From positions 71 through 64,070 of the forward strand of contig CBDVDV010000003.1 of assembly GCA_965372835.1 (NCBI GenBank): a stretch of 64,000 nt of DNA. Reading direction: 5' to 3'. The DNA comes from an uncultured bacterium (GTDB lineage: Bacteria > Planctomycetota > DG-23 > CBDVDV01). Under the pieces are notes generated by a model. That model worked only from the letters and a program-made list of their open reading frames with translations, ran no database searches and was not told where the DNA came from. Below, in pieces: positions 34,863 through 45,415 of the stretch. The translations under genes and the position numbers were made by a program. Each line of letters opens with the position of its first letter. The first letter of the stretch is position 1.

Positions 34863-36571
34863 GGCCTCAGACCCCCTTCTGCGGGTACGCTCTCGGCCAC
34901 ACAGCCAAGCTCTTGCACGGCCTCGAAGCGCCCGTGGTAGTCTACGTCGGGAACCAGAAAGACGTGCTTCTGCTGTTCCGGATTCCGCAGACGTGTTCGC
35001 TCCTCACTCAAGGCCGCGGCGAACTGCTCGGGACGAACGATCCGTACTCGGGGCGGTCCCAGACGACCGCTTTCTCGCTTCTGGGCGTATTCGATGTTGC
35101 TCAGACACAATTCCCGCTCCAGTCTCCTCAGGAGCGTTGACCACCGGTTGGGATCGATAGAGCCGTCGGGAGCCAGCAGGAGGTAGTACGGCGGGTCGTC
35201 CCAGACGGGCGTCAGTGTCAGTTGCTCCACAGACGGGATGCCGAGACCATCCTGTGCCCGTTGCAGGGAGTAAACAACCTGCCTTTCGGTCAACTTCTCG
35301 CCGGTCAGGGAAGAAATGTGCTCCCCTTTGTTGAGGAACTCGATGACAGGCGTCTGCTTGTATCTGTCGACCACCTCGACGTGATCCATGATGTTGTACC
35401 GGTAGCACCCGCCCGACGTGGTCAGCACCACGTAGTACCGCTGTCCCAACTCCACCTCGTGGGCCAGAAGCGTGTGTGGATGCTCGCTGTCGACCTCATC
35501 TTCCGGGATGAACTCGAAGAACTGGTGCATCAGGTCCAGTACGCCTGCACTCCCGTCGTCGGAGAGTGGAATGCTCATTCTCCCTTCCGAGGCAAGCAGT
35601 CCTATGTCGCGTGTGGGTACCGGTCCGAACGCCTCGGCCAGACGGGGCAAGTACAGTGACACTGTGCCACCTTTCCAGACGGCGAGGATCTTGAGCCGGG
35701 GCCAGTAGTCCCGGGGCAGCAACCGGCCCTCTCGGTCGAGGAGTTTGGCCAGTCGGCGAGCCCGCCGCGGGCTGGGCCGAAGTCGTCGGCGCAAACGGTC
35801 CCGCACCGAATCCGGAATAGAGCACCGTTCGGAGACCCCTCCTTGCTCGATGTCGCGGATGAGTTCCCGGGCTCGTCGATTGCCGATCTCGCTCAGGCGC
35901 AGCAGCGTCGAAGGGTTGGGTGTGCAGCAGAAGGTGATGTTGCGGGTCAAGCACAACCGGAGGATCAGGTAGTATTTGCTCTCGGCGTCGTGGACGCGGT
36001 TGACGACCGTGGAGGCGGGGTAGAACCAGCGCAGCATCCGTGGCTGCATTTCGGCCATAAGTCCACTGACGGCGCCACATGGGGTTCCCGTCGGAGTCGT
36101 CTGCTCGTCGTGCCGGCTGACGATGGTGAGCAGGTCGCCCTCATATGCCAAACGGTGGTCGCGGTAGACACCCCAGCCCCATATGTGCCAACCAGTGCGG
36201 TATTCCTTGAGGAAACTCTCAGTGATGGGGATGTACTTGGGCTCGTCGGTGGTCCCGCTGGTCAGGGCAAACATCCGCACCTGCTCGCCGGGGCCGAACA
36301 GGGCACCGAACTCACCCCGCCGGACACGATCGATGTAAGGACGAAGGTAGGAGTAGTCGCAGACCGGCACCCGTTGGCGGAAGTTTTCGACCGAGTCGAT
36401 GTGGGTGAAGCCGTGCCGACGGCCGAAATCGGAGTCGGCGTTGCGGGCCACCTTGGCCAGCAGCACCTGTTCCTGCACCCGCCGGATATCCGAGGCCGCC
36501 TGGTCAAAGCGACTGAAGCACTTGCGGGCCCGCAGGCGCACCAAGGCCAAGACCAGGTCCCTCCAAAACAC
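34859..36571 (-). CDS. GH3 (auxin-responsive GH3) family acyl-adenylate-forming enzyme / amido synthetase-like
   Basis: FALTSGTTDEPKYIPITESF matches the GH3-family phosphate-binding SSGTT motif region. About 570 aa. Confidence 0.65.
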   Translation of the reverse strand: MFWRDLVLALVRLRARKCFSRFDQAASDIRRVQEQVLLAKVARNADSDFGRRHGFTHIDSVENFRQRVPVCDYSYLRPYIDRVRRGEFGALFGPGEQVRMFALTSGTTDEPKYIPITESFLKEYRTGWHIWGWGVYRDHRLAYEGDLLTIVSRHDEQTTPTGTPCGAVSGLMAEMQPRMLRWFYPASTVVNRVHDAESKYYLILRLCLTRNITFCCTPNPSTLLRLSEIGNRRARELIRDIEQGGVSERCSIPDSVRDRLRRRLRPSPRRARRLAKLLDREGRLLPRDYWPRLKILAVWKGGTVSLYLPRLAEAFGPVPTRDIGLLASEGRMSIPLSDDGSAGVLDLMHQFFEFIPEDEVDSEHPHTLLAHEVELGQRYYVVLTTSGGCYRYNIMDHVEVVDRYKQTPVIEFLNKGEHISSLTGEKLTERQVVYSLQRAQDGLGIPSVEQLTLTPVWDDPPYYLLLAPDGSIDPNRWSTLLRRLERELCLSNIEYAQKRESGRLGPPRVRIVRPEQFAAALSEERTRLRNPEQQKHVFLVPDVDYHGRFEAVQELGCVAESVPAEGGLRP

Positions 36572-36584
36572 AGCGTCGGCCTCC

Positions 36585-37562
36585 TCAGTTCTGATTGCTG
36601 GACGAGTGCACGGCCACAGGGGTCGGGACGGGCAGACAGGCGGCGACGAACTCGAGGACCCGTTGTTGGTAGCGTTGCCCAGCGACGGTCACGGCCTGGT
36701 TGTGCCGCGCCCCCGGAACTATCCAAAGCGCCTTGGGTGGGGCCGCCCGTTCGTGCAACCAGCGGGCCTGATCTGCGCCGACGTAACTGTCGGCCTCACC
36801 GTGAATCATCAGCAGAGGACACCGGCGCTCACGCACCGCTTTCTCCACGGGCAAGAACCTCACCCCCAACCGTAGTTCCGAGACCAGCAGCGTCAACTTC
36901 TCGTACATCCGGAACACCCACTCGGGCAGGTGGTTGTAGACGAGCCGGACGTCTGCAAAGATGGACACCCATCGGCGCATGTACTCCAACAGTGTCCGCC
37001 GGGTGCTGAACAGGCCGTCAGTAACCAGGGCCAGCACCTCCGGGTCCCGGCTGGCCAATGCCGTGGCCGCGGCTCCGCCGCGGGAAATGCCGAAGAGCAC
37101 CAGTTGCTCACCGGCAAGGTCGCTGCGGGCGCGCACGTACGCCACCGCCGCTTCCAGATCCGCCAACTCCCGCTCCGTCGCCCACTGTCGGGGGACGTAA
37201 TCGTCCGTGTTCTTGCTATCACCGTGACCACGGAAGTCAAAGGCCAGAACCGCGTAACCTGCCTCCAGGAGCCAGTGGGCATAGGGCCCCGCCGAGCGAC
37301 GGTCGGCTCCGAACTCAGGGCAGAAGACCACCACCGGCGGACGCTCACCTCTGGCCGGGCGCGCCAGGGTGCCCGCCAGCTCCACACCGTCCCCCGTGCG
37401 CAGTATCAGTTCCTCGCCTTCGAAGCGCTGTTCTTCGTCGGGGGTGCTGCGCACCACGACTCCCAGGAAGAGGTTGACGACGATGCGCAGGTAGCGCTGC
37501 CAGACCCAGGCCACGAAGCCCACGCCCGATATGGTGACCAGCAGGGCGATCTTCCAGAACAC
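36585..37562 (-). CDS. Membrane-anchored alpha/beta-hydrolase (possible thioesterase/acyl-hydrolase)
   Basis: N-terminal TM helix. GISRGG nucleophile elbow and a later catalytic His region. Confidence 0.6.
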   Translation of the reverse strand: MFWKIALLVTISGVGFVAWVWQRYLRIVVNLFLGVVVRSTPDEEQRFEGEELILRTGDGVELAGTLARPARGERPPVVVFCPEFGADRRSAGPYAHWLLEAGYAVLAFDFRGHGDSKNTDDYVPRQWATERELADLEAAVAYVRARSDLAGEQLVLFGISRGGAAATALASRDPEVLALVTDGLFSTRRTLLEYMRRWVSIFADVRLVYNHLPEWVFRMYEKLTLLVSELRLGVRFLPVEKAVRERRCPLLMIHGEADSYVGADQARWLHERAAPPKALWIVPGARHNQAVTVAGQRYQQRVLEFVAACLPVPTPVAVHSSSNQN

Positions 37563-37567
37563 CCTCG

Positions 37568-38872
37568 TTACTCCTCGAACCGACGCAGGATCAGGCTGAT
37601 ATTCTGTCCTCCGAAACCGAAGGAATTGCTCATGGCCGTTCGTACCGTCCCTCGACGAGCTTGGTTGGGCACGTAGTCGAGGTCACAGTTGGGGTCGGGT
37701 GTCTCGTGGTTGATCGTCGGGGGGATGATGCCGTCACGGATGGCCAGCAAGCAGATGATGGCTTCGACGGCGCCGGCGGCCGCGATCAAGTGACCCATCA
37801 TCGACTTGGTGGAACTGAGCGGAATGCGGTGGGCCAGGTCGCCGAAGACGGCCTTGACCGCTTTGGTCTCCACGCGGTCGTTGACCTCGGTAGAGGTCCC
37901 GTGAGCATTGATGTAGTCGATCTGGTCGGGAGTAAGTCCGGCGTCGGCCAGCGCCGCCCGCATCGCCGCCTCGGCTCCCCGCCCTTCCGGGTGACTGTCG
38001 GTGATCCGGAAGGCGTCGGCCGTGCTCCCGTAGCCGAGGAGTTCACCATAGATGTGGGCGCCGCGTCGGCGGGCGTGTTCCAGTTCTTCAAGGACAACCA
38101 TTCCGGAGCCCTCTCCCAGAATGAAACCCTCACGGTCCAGGTCGAAAGGCCGACTGGCCTGCTTCGGATTGTCATTGTAACTTGTGGCCAGGGCGGTGAG
38201 CAAGTTGAAACCGGCCATGCCCAGGGGGTGAATCATGGAGTGGCATCCTCCGGTGACCATGACCTCGACGTCACCTCGACGGATGACCTCACCGGCTTCA
38301 CCCAGGGCCTGGCTGCTGGCGGCGCAGGCGGTGAGGCAGTTGGAGTTGTAGCCCTGGGCGCCGACGAACTCGGCCACATAGCCAGCGGGCATGTTAGGCT
38401 CTTGCTCCAGCTCGGCCACGGCATTCAGTTGACGGAGGCCGTTGGCCAGGAAGTCGGCCACGTCCACGTGGTCGCCCTTCCAGTTGTTGACCACCAGGGC
38501 GGCGAACTTGAGGAAGTCCATGGCCCCCTCCCCGGAGCCCAGGTAGACGCCCGTTCGACGAGGGTTGGGCGAAGGACGGGGCAGACCGCTGTCTCGATAG
38601 GCTTCGGCCGCAGCGGTTAGGGCAAAGCATTCGTTGCGGCCCACGTAGTCGCGGCTGGCCAGTTCCGGCACGTGGTCGGCCAGGTCGTATGTGGGAACCT
38701 GGGCGGCGATGGCGGTGGGGTAGGTGCTTGCATCGAACAGGCGAATTCGAGAGATGGCGCTCCGCCCCAGTCGCAGCCCCTCCCAGGTCGATTCGACGTC
38801 GAGACCCAAGGGTGTCACCATGCCCATGCCAGTGATTACCACCCGCCTTCGTTGCCGACCGTCTCCCATCAC
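37568..38872 (-). CDS. Beta-ketoacyl-ACP synthase II (FabF-like KS)
   Basis: Catalytic Cys (LTACAASSQ), HGTST and KSMMGHL His motifs. Confidence 0.85.
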   Translation of the reverse strand: MMGDGRQRRRVVITGMGMVTPLGLDVESTWEGLRLGRSAISRIRLFDASTYPTAIAAQVPTYDLADHVPELASRDYVGRNECFALTAAAEAYRDSGLPRPSPNPRRTGVYLGSGEGAMDFLKFAALVVNNWKGDHVDVADFLANGLRQLNAVAELEQEPNMPAGYVAEFVGAQGYNSNCLTACAASSQALGEAGEVIRRGDVEVMVTGGCHSMIHPLGMAGFNLLTALATSYNDNPKQASRPFDLDREGFILGEGSGMVVLEELEHARRRGAHIYGELLGYGSTADAFRITDSHPEGRGAEAAMRAALADAGLTPDQIDYINAHGTSTEVNDRVETKAVKAVFGDLAHRIPLSSTKSMMGHLIAAAGAVEAIICLLAIRDGIIPPTINHETPDPNCDLDYVPNQARRGTVRTAMSNSFGFGGQNISLILRRFEE

Positions 38873-38900
38873 CCCCCCCGCTCCTGTCTTGTGGGGACCT

Positions 38901-40268
38901 TCATTTCGGAGGCCCCCCGACCAGCAAAGCCGCGCTCTGGCCGCCGAAACTGAAAGTGTTAACCATGGCCAGGGTCACCTCCGCCTGGGTCGCTCCGCCG
39001 GTCACCAGGTTCACGGCACACTCGGGGTCCGGCTCACGACAGTGAAGGGTCGCCGGTACCACCCCCTCAGTGAGAGCGAGACAGCAAGCAGCCACCTCCA
39101 GACCTCCAGCCGCTGCGCTCACGTGCCCGGTCATGGGCTGCAGCGCGGTGACCAGCGGCCGGGCGTTCGTTGACCCAAAGACCTTGCGGATGGCCCGGGC
39201 CTCCGCCGCGTCCGTCTCTGGGAGCCCCAGTCCGTGGGCGTAAACCACGTCCACGTCCTCCGGTCCGACCCCGGCATCTTCCAGGGCGGAACACATGGCC
39301 AGTTCGCCTCCTCCCCGGCTGTGTTGACGGATCTCCCCGGGTTCCCAGGCCGAGCCGAAGCCCACGATCTCTCCCAGAACCCGGGCTCCGCGCTGGTGAG
39401 CGTGCGCCAGTTCCTCCAGTACCAGACACACCGCCCCTTCCCCGACCACGAAGCCGTCCCGTCGGCGATCGAAGGGTGAGGGCGTCTCGCTCTGGCGGTG
39501 GCTGAGCCAGCCCAGCAGTTCGTAACGCAGGAGGTTCAGGGGAGTGATCTTGCCGTCGGCCCCTCCGGCCAGGCAGACGTCGGCGCTCCCGCGGGTGATG
39601 ATGCGGGCGGCCTCGCCGATGGCCAGGGTCGCGGAGCAGTCACCGGCGGTGACGCTGTTGTTGGGGCCCCGGCAATCGTAGAAAATGGAGATGTGGCAGG
39701 CGTGCATGTTGGGCAGGTACTTCAGGAGCCAGAGGGGGAAGAGGTTGGCCATGCCCTCGCGGCCGAACCGTTGGAGGTCAAACTGGTTCTCCTCGTCCAG
39801 CGCGCAGGTGAAGGCCGCTCCCAGTTCATCGATGTCACTGGTTATGAGCCCGGCGCCGAAACTGACGCCGGTGCGGTCCGGGTCCAGTTGGCCCTCCAGA
39901 GCAGCGTCTTCCAGAGCCAGTTGGGCGGAGCCGGTGGCAAGTTGGATTTCCCGACACATCACCTTGACGGCCTTGCGCTGGGCGACGAGTTTCCGGGGGT
40001 CAAACCCCTTGACCTCGGCCACCAGCCGCGCGGGAAACTCACCGAGGTCGAGACTGCTGGGAGGGGCGATGCCCGAGCGTCCTTGGCGGAGGCCCTGCCA
40101 GTAGGCGTCGCGGCCCAGGCCTGCGGCCGAGGCCACTCCGATACCCGTAATGACCACGCGGCGAGTGTTCACGGGTGCTCCAAATCCTGTAAGTAGAGTT
40201 GTGGGGCAAGAGCGGAGGCGGTCACGACGGTGCCGAATCGGCGTCCGCTTCCGGGGCTTCCACCTCAA
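38901..40268 (-). CDS. Beta-ketoacyl synthase, second KS (partner/CLF-like but retains the Cys-His-His triad)
   Basis: VITGIGV N-terminus, Cys (TAGDCSAT), HGLGL and MTGHVSAAAG motifs. A true start near VNTRRVVITG would remove the overlap with the downstream dehydratase. Confidence 0.8.
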   Translation of the reverse strand: MRWKPRKRTPIRHRRDRLRSCPTTLLTGFGAPVNTRRVVITGIGVASAAGLGRDAYWQGLRQGRSGIAPPSSLDLGEFPARLVAEVKGFDPRKLVAQRKAVKVMCREIQLATGSAQLALEDAALEGQLDPDRTGVSFGAGLITSDIDELGAAFTCALDEENQFDLQRFGREGMANLFPLWLLKYLPNMHACHISIFYDCRGPNNSVTAGDCSATLAIGEAARIITRGSADVCLAGGADGKITPLNLLRYELLGWLSHRQSETPSPFDRRRDGFVVGEGAVCLVLEELAHAHQRGARVLGEIVGFGSAWEPGEIRQHSRGGGELAMCSALEDAGVGPEDVDVVYAHGLGLPETDAAEARAIRKVFGSTNARPLVTALQPMTGHVSAAAGGLEVAACCLALTEGVVPATLHCREPDPECAVNLVTGGATQAEVTLAMVNTFSFGGQSAALLVGGPPK

Positions 40269-40728
40269 TGGCCTCGCTAATTCGCAGCAACTGCATCAGG
40301 TCTTCGGTGAAGACGAAGTTCCCTTCGGGCGCCGACACCAGCTTTGACCGGTCCAGGTTGACAAACATGATAGTGGCCGTAGCCACCTCCCGACCATCGA
40401 CCGTGCAGCGACAGCCGAGACGGGAGCCCTCTTCCCGGACCCCCAGCAGTTCGGCCTCGACGAGCATCTGGTCGCCCGGAAGCACCGGATCACCAAACGT
40501 GGCCCGCTCGATTTTGGCCAGGATGACCTCGTGCTTCCAATCGTCGGTGTAGCCGGCCAGCACCCCAGCCGTCTGGGCCATGGACTCAATCACCAGTGCG
40601 GCAGGCATCCTCGGGTAGTACGGACTGAAGTCGTGCAGATGTTCCTCCGCCAGGGTCACGTTTTTCACCGCCTTGGCGAAGGCGCCCTTCTTCAGGGACA
40701 GGAACCGATCAACCCACATCCAGCGCAA
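40222..40728 (-). CDS. FabZ/FabA-like hot-dog fold 3-hydroxyacyl-ACP dehydratase
   Basis: HDFSPYYPRMPAALVIESMAQTAG matches the FabZ active-site His region. Confidence 0.75.
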   Translation of the reverse strand: MRWMWVDRFLSLKKGAFAKAVKNVTLAEEHLHDFSPYYPRMPAALVIESMAQTAGVLAGYTDDWKHEVILAKIERATFGDPVLPGDQMLVEAELLGVREEGSRLGCRCTVDGREVATATIMFVNLDRSKLVSAPEGNFVFTEDLMQLLRISEAIEVEAPEADADSAPS

Positions 40729-40767
40729 TGGCCCGCTCCTCCTCGTGCCCCATCCTCACAACGGGGC

Positions 40768-41163
40768 TCAAGCCTCCTGGGCGTTCAGCCGCTCGGACAC
40801 GTAGTTGACGATCATGCCCACGGTGAAGAGTTGACCCAGTTCGGAGACCAGGGGGTTGGCTTCGAACTGGCTCAGGTCCGCATGGGGCATCTTCTCCCGC
40901 AGTACACCCAGCCCCTCATCGGTGAGTTTGCCGTCTTTGACGTACTCGGGGCTGGAGAGCAGGTTCTCCGGGAACAGGTCGCCACGGGGGATCTTGATGC
41001 CGAACGCCTTTTCCAGACGGAAGACGATATCCAGGAAGTCGATGGATTCCGCGCCCAGGTCCTCGGTCAGCGAGGCCGTCAGTGTCACCTCCTCCTCTTC
41101 CACACCCAGGGCGTCGACCATGCTCTCAGTGACCCTGTTGAGGATTTCGTCGTGATCAGGCAT
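40768..41163 (-). CDS. Acyl carrier protein (extended, about 130 aa)
   Basis: DLGAESIDFLDIVFRLEKAFGI, a phosphopantetheine attachment Ser in a DSL-like context. Confidence 0.75.
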   Translation of the reverse strand: MPDHDEILNRVTESMVDALGVEEEEVTLTASLTEDLGAESIDFLDIVFRLEKAFGIKIPRGDLFPENLLSSPEYVKDGKLTDEGLGVLREKMPHADLSQFEANPLVSELGQLFTVGMIVNYVSERLNAQEA

Positions 41164-41217
41164 CCAGTCCGCCTCCTTCAGTCACCTCTTGCTTATCTCC
41201 TTGTGGTCGAGCCGGGC

Positions 41218-41973
<756 letters not shown>

Positions 41974-42001
41974 GTTCTCCCCGCTCCTCTCCCCTTGCTC
42001 T

Positions 42002-43306
42002 TCACCCGCGCAGCGGATGCATGCCCGCCCGCAGGCTCCGTCGGTGCAGCAGGTTGTACTTGAACTGAGCCAGCAGCCGGATGCCCGAGGTCCGGGGTGG
42101 CAGCAGTCGCCGCAGAATCGACGGCAGAGAATAAAACTTCCGGTACAGCCGCCAGAAGCCCTCTTCCAACTGCTCGGGCGTCATCTTGGTCGGCTGGATG
42201 ATCGCTTCATCGCCGTTGTATCGCGACCAGTCCGTATGGGACAGGCGGCCGGCCTCCTGCAATCGCTTGAACAGCACCGTACCCGGTGCCGGCGTAAGGA
42301 TAAAGAAATATGCCAGGGGGATGCGTAAGTCCACCAAAAACCGGTAGGTCTCCTCGAAGACCTCAGGCCCGTCACCGTCCAGCCCCATGATCATGCTCAC
42401 CATCGGCGAGATGCCAACCTGGGCCATCTTGGTGAGCAGTTCGTGGTATTCCTCGACCTGGTTGCAGACCTTGTGCACCGACTCCAGGCTCTCGGGGTTG
42501 ATGCTCTCCACACCTACGAACATCGAGAAGCAGCCCGCATCGTGGGCTGCTTGCAGCAGTTCCTCATCGCGGGCCACGGTAATGTTGCACTGACACCCCC
42601 AGAGCAAATCCAGGGGTTTGAGTGCCTGGAAGAGCTTCAGGGCGTAAGTGCGCTGGGCGGCGATGTTGTCGTCAATGAAGAAGATGTACTTGGAGCCGGT
42701 GGCCTTGATGTCCCGGATGACGTGCTCCACCGGCCGGTGGCGGTAACTGCGGCCGAAGAACTCTTGCACCGAACAAAAGTCACAGCTCATCGGGCACCCT
42801 CGGGTGGTCTGCACCGGCCACACTCTCATGGAGTACTTGTACGTTCGCAGCAGCTCGTAGCGTGGCGTCGGAAGTCTGCTCAGGTCGGCCAGGTGGTCAC
42901 TCATGTAGATGGGCTTCAGTCGGCCCCCCCGGAAATCCTCGACTACCTCAGCCCAGATCTCGTCGGCTTCGCCGACGACCACGGCGTCAGCGTGCTCGGC
43001 CGCTTCCTCGGGCAGGAGGGAGGCGTGGAAGCCGCCGATGACTACCTTCTTTCCTCTGGCCCGGAAGCGGTCGGCGATCTGGTAGGCCCGGGGGCCCTGC
43101 GGGGTCATGGCCGAGATGGCCACCAGATCACAGAGGTCCTCCTTGGCAGCGTCCTGGTAGAAGTCGTTACAGATCTCCACGTCGAAATCACTGGGGGTCA
43201 GCGCCGCCAGCAGGGGCAGGGCCAGACCCGGGTAGGGGAGGCGCCCGGGCCGAAAGACACGGCCGTCGGGGAGCAAACTTGACGCCTGTATCAGCAGCAG
43301 CTTCAT
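42002..43306 (-). CDS. B12-binding domain radical SAM enzyme (class B; putative C-methyltransferase or rearrangement enzyme)
   Basis: N-terminal B12-binding Rossmann-like region. TTRGCPMSCDFCSV radical-SAM cluster. Confidence 0.8.
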   Translation of the reverse strand: MKLLLIQASSLLPDGRVFRPGRLPYPGLALPLLAALTPSDFDVEICNDFYQDAAKEDLCDLVAISAMTPQGPRAYQIADRFRARGKKVVIGGFHASLLPEEAAEHADAVVVGEADEIWAEVVEDFRGGRLKPIYMSDHLADLSRLPTPRYELLRTYKYSMRVWPVQTTRGCPMSCDFCSVQEFFGRSYRHRPVEHVIRDIKATGSKYIFFIDDNIAAQRTYALKLFQALKPLDLLWGCQCNITVARDEELLQAAHDAGCFSMFVGVESINPESLESVHKVCNQVEEYHELLTKMAQVGISPMVSMIMGLDGDGPEVFEETYRFLVDLRIPLAYFFILTPAPGTVLFKRLQEAGRLSHTDWSRYNGDEAIIQPTKMTPEQLEEGFWRLYRKFYSLPSILRRLLPPRTSGIRLLAQFKYNLLHRRSLRAGMHPLRG

Positions 43307-43336
43307 CGAATCAGTTCCGCTTCGGCGCCGGCCCGA

Positions 43337-43894
43337 TCATGTGTTTACAGTTGTGTCCCGGTCCGCCAGCGCTCGGCCACCCAACGCATGAAACCGTTGC
43401 TTGGCTGACTCGATGAGCCGCTCGTCAGTGCGCTGGTAACGGGGGTCGCGGTCGCACAGGTTGTAGTATCGCAACCGGAATCGACCGCTGACCGCGGCCT
43501 GCGTCGCCACCGTGCCCTGACCGGAGAACAGGGCTTGGTTCTCTTCCCACTTGAGGGATCGGACCACGACCTCCAGGGTGTTGCCCGGGGTGACAAAGCG
43601 ACCGTACTTGACGTTGCGCACCTCGGCCAGGCACACCAGTGAGTAGCGAAAGTTGGTCTTGAGCCGCACCAGCCAACACCCCGCTTCGACCAGGGCCTCC
43701 AACATCATCACCCCGGGCATCACCGGGTATCCGGGAAAGTGGTCCCGCAGGTACTCCTCGGCCAATGACAGGTTCTTGGTGGCCCGAATGACCCGGCCGC
43801 CGTCCAGCTCCACAATCCGGTCGAGCAGAACGAAATCCATGATGCTTATGAGCCTTTGTCTCGGGGCCAGCAGGAGCGGCCTGCGCTCCGACAC
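43337..43894 (-). CDS. FabZ/FabA-like hot-dog dehydratase (second copy)
   Basis: HFPGYPVMPGVMMLEALVEAG FabZ signature. Confidence 0.75.
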   Translation of the reverse strand: MSERRPLLLAPRQRLISIMDFVLLDRIVELDGGRVIRATKNLSLAEEYLRDHFPGYPVMPGVMMLEALVEAGCWLVRLKTNFRYSLVCLAEVRNVKYGRFVTPGNTLEVVVRSLKWEENQALFSGQGTVATQAAVSGRFRLRYYNLCDRDPRYQRTDERLIESAKQRFHALGGRALADRDTTVNT

Positions 43895-43955
43895 CTCATC
43901 CGCTGAGCAGCAACTTGCCCAGAATCTTAATACCGTTTTCCTGTCCCGCTGTCAA

Positions 43956-45083
43956 TCACGAAAAGCCCCTTTGCGCCCACTGCCGCAGCATCGCCACACC
44001 CGCCGAGAGCGTCTCCTCGCTGGCGGCGAAAGAGAGGCGGAAGTGGCGGTGACGCTCGGAAAAGACACTTCCCGGGATAATCAGGAGGTTGTGCTCGATG
44101 GCTGCCGTGACAAACTCCTCGTCCGTCCCCCGGGGCACGCGGGGAAAGAGGTAGAACGCACCTTCGGGCCGAGTCACCTGGTAGCAATCGGCCAGGCCCT
44201 CGTAGATGAGGTCGCGCTTGGCCCGATAGTCGCTGCGAATCTGCTCCACGGGCAGTTTTAGGGCCGCCAGGGCCGCCTCCTGCATGGGGGAGGGCGCACA
44301 CACGAAACTGAACTGCTGCAGTTTGGTCATCTCCTGGATAATGACCTGAGGGCCGGCGGCGTACCCCACCCGCCACCCGGTCATGCCGTAACTCTTGGAA
44401 AAACCGTCCAGCAGGAGCAGTTGGTCGGTCCACTGAGCGGGGCTGTGGTGGGGGCCGTCGTAGACGAAGTCGTGGTAGATCTCGTCGCTGATGAGAAAGA
44501 GCCCGTGTTCGCGAGCGAACTCCGCCGCTGTACGGAGTTCCTCTGCCGAATAGACCGCCCCGGTAGGGTTGGCCGGGCTGTTGAGTATGAGGAGTTTGCT
44601 CCGCGCTCCCAGAGCCGCCTCCAAGGCCTCCCGCCGCAGGCGGAAGTCGGGATAGGTATCCACAAAACTGGGCACACCTCCGAAGAGATTGACCAACTGC
44701 TTGTAACTGACGAAGTAGGGGTCGGGAATGAGCACCTCGTCGCCTGGGTCCACCAGAACCAGCAGCGCCAGCATCAGCCCTCCGCTGACCCCGGCGGTCA
44801 CCATCACGTCTTCGGGTTCCCAGCCCGTCCGTGCTGTGAGTTGTTGGCGGATGCTCCGACGGAGTTCGGGGATGCCCTGGGTGACGGTGTAACGGTTGTG
44901 ACCTTTGCGAATGGCGGCGATTGCCGCCTCCTTGACCCGTTCGGGCACGTCGAAGTCAGGCTGGCCGATGCTCAGGTTGACCGGTCGCTCCAACTTCTGT
45001 GCCAGGTCGAAAACGCGACGAATGCCCGAGATCTCGATACCAGCTAACCGCCGAGCAATGAACTTCTCAGGAGCAAGGGACAC
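43956..45083 (-). CDS. Class I/II pyridoxal-phosphate aminotransferase (aspartate/aromatic aminotransferase-like)
   Basis: SFSKSYGMTGWRVGY PLP-lysine motif. About 375 aa. Confidence 0.8.
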   Translation of the reverse strand: MSLAPEKFIARRLAGIEISGIRRVFDLAQKLERPVNLSIGQPDFDVPERVKEAAIAAIRKGHNRYTVTQGIPELRRSIRQQLTARTGWEPEDVMVTAGVSGGLMLALLVLVDPGDEVLIPDPYFVSYKQLVNLFGGVPSFVDTYPDFRLRREALEAALGARSKLLILNSPANPTGAVYSAEELRTAAEFAREHGLFLISDEIYHDFVYDGPHHSPAQWTDQLLLLDGFSKSYGMTGWRVGYAAGPQVIIQEMTKLQQFSFVCAPSPMQEAALAALKLPVEQIRSDYRAKRDLIYEGLADCYQVTRPEGAFYLFPRVPRGTDEEFVTAAIEHNLLIIPGSVFSERHRHFRLSFAASEETLSAGVAMLRQWAQRGFS

Positions 45084-45112
45084 GCTGGTTCCTCGGAGGT
45101 GTGCGGCTCATC

Positions 45113-45385
45113 TCAAGACGCGGGGCTTTCGTCGCCGGGTTCGCCGGCCGCCGTCTCAGCACCCTCAGGGGTACCCTCGAGGGCTGCTTCGGGCTTGGCC
45201 TCTTTGGTCTTCTTCTTGCCGCGGACTTTTCGGATGCGCAGCGAGACCTTGGGCAGCCCGAAAATGGACTCGCCCGGCTGCCACCGGCCTTCCTGCTCGA
45301 GCATCAGCAGGCGCTCCTCCCGGGAAAGGACATTTCGCCGGCGAAGCAGCTGCCCTTTGGTCTTCAGGCTCTTGTCAACAGCCAC
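45113..45385 (-). CDS. Small basic hypothetical protein
   Basis: 90 aa, Lys/Arg-rich (RIRKVRGKKKTKE). Sits between the cluster and the SPOR gene. No confident family. Confidence 0.35.
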   Translation of the reverse strand: MAVDKSLKTKGQLLRRRNVLSREERLLMLEQEGRWQPGESIFGLPKVSLRIRKVRGKKKTKEAKPEAALEGTPEGAETAAGEPGDESPAS

Positions 45386-45415
45386 TCGGACTACTCCTCT
45401 TGCGGGCTCTCCCGG

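Noticed and set aside
40222-40268. 47-nt overlap between the second KS gene and the downstream FabZ-like gene. Similar track overlaps are 2766/3793, 11005/11924, 15582/16961, 30105/30850 and 57851/57948.
   Set aside because: These are most likely artefacts of longest-ORF calling. Internal Met/GTG codons that precede the expected N-terminal motifs or signal peptides remove the overlaps, so they are not interpreted as programmed frameshifts or nested genes.
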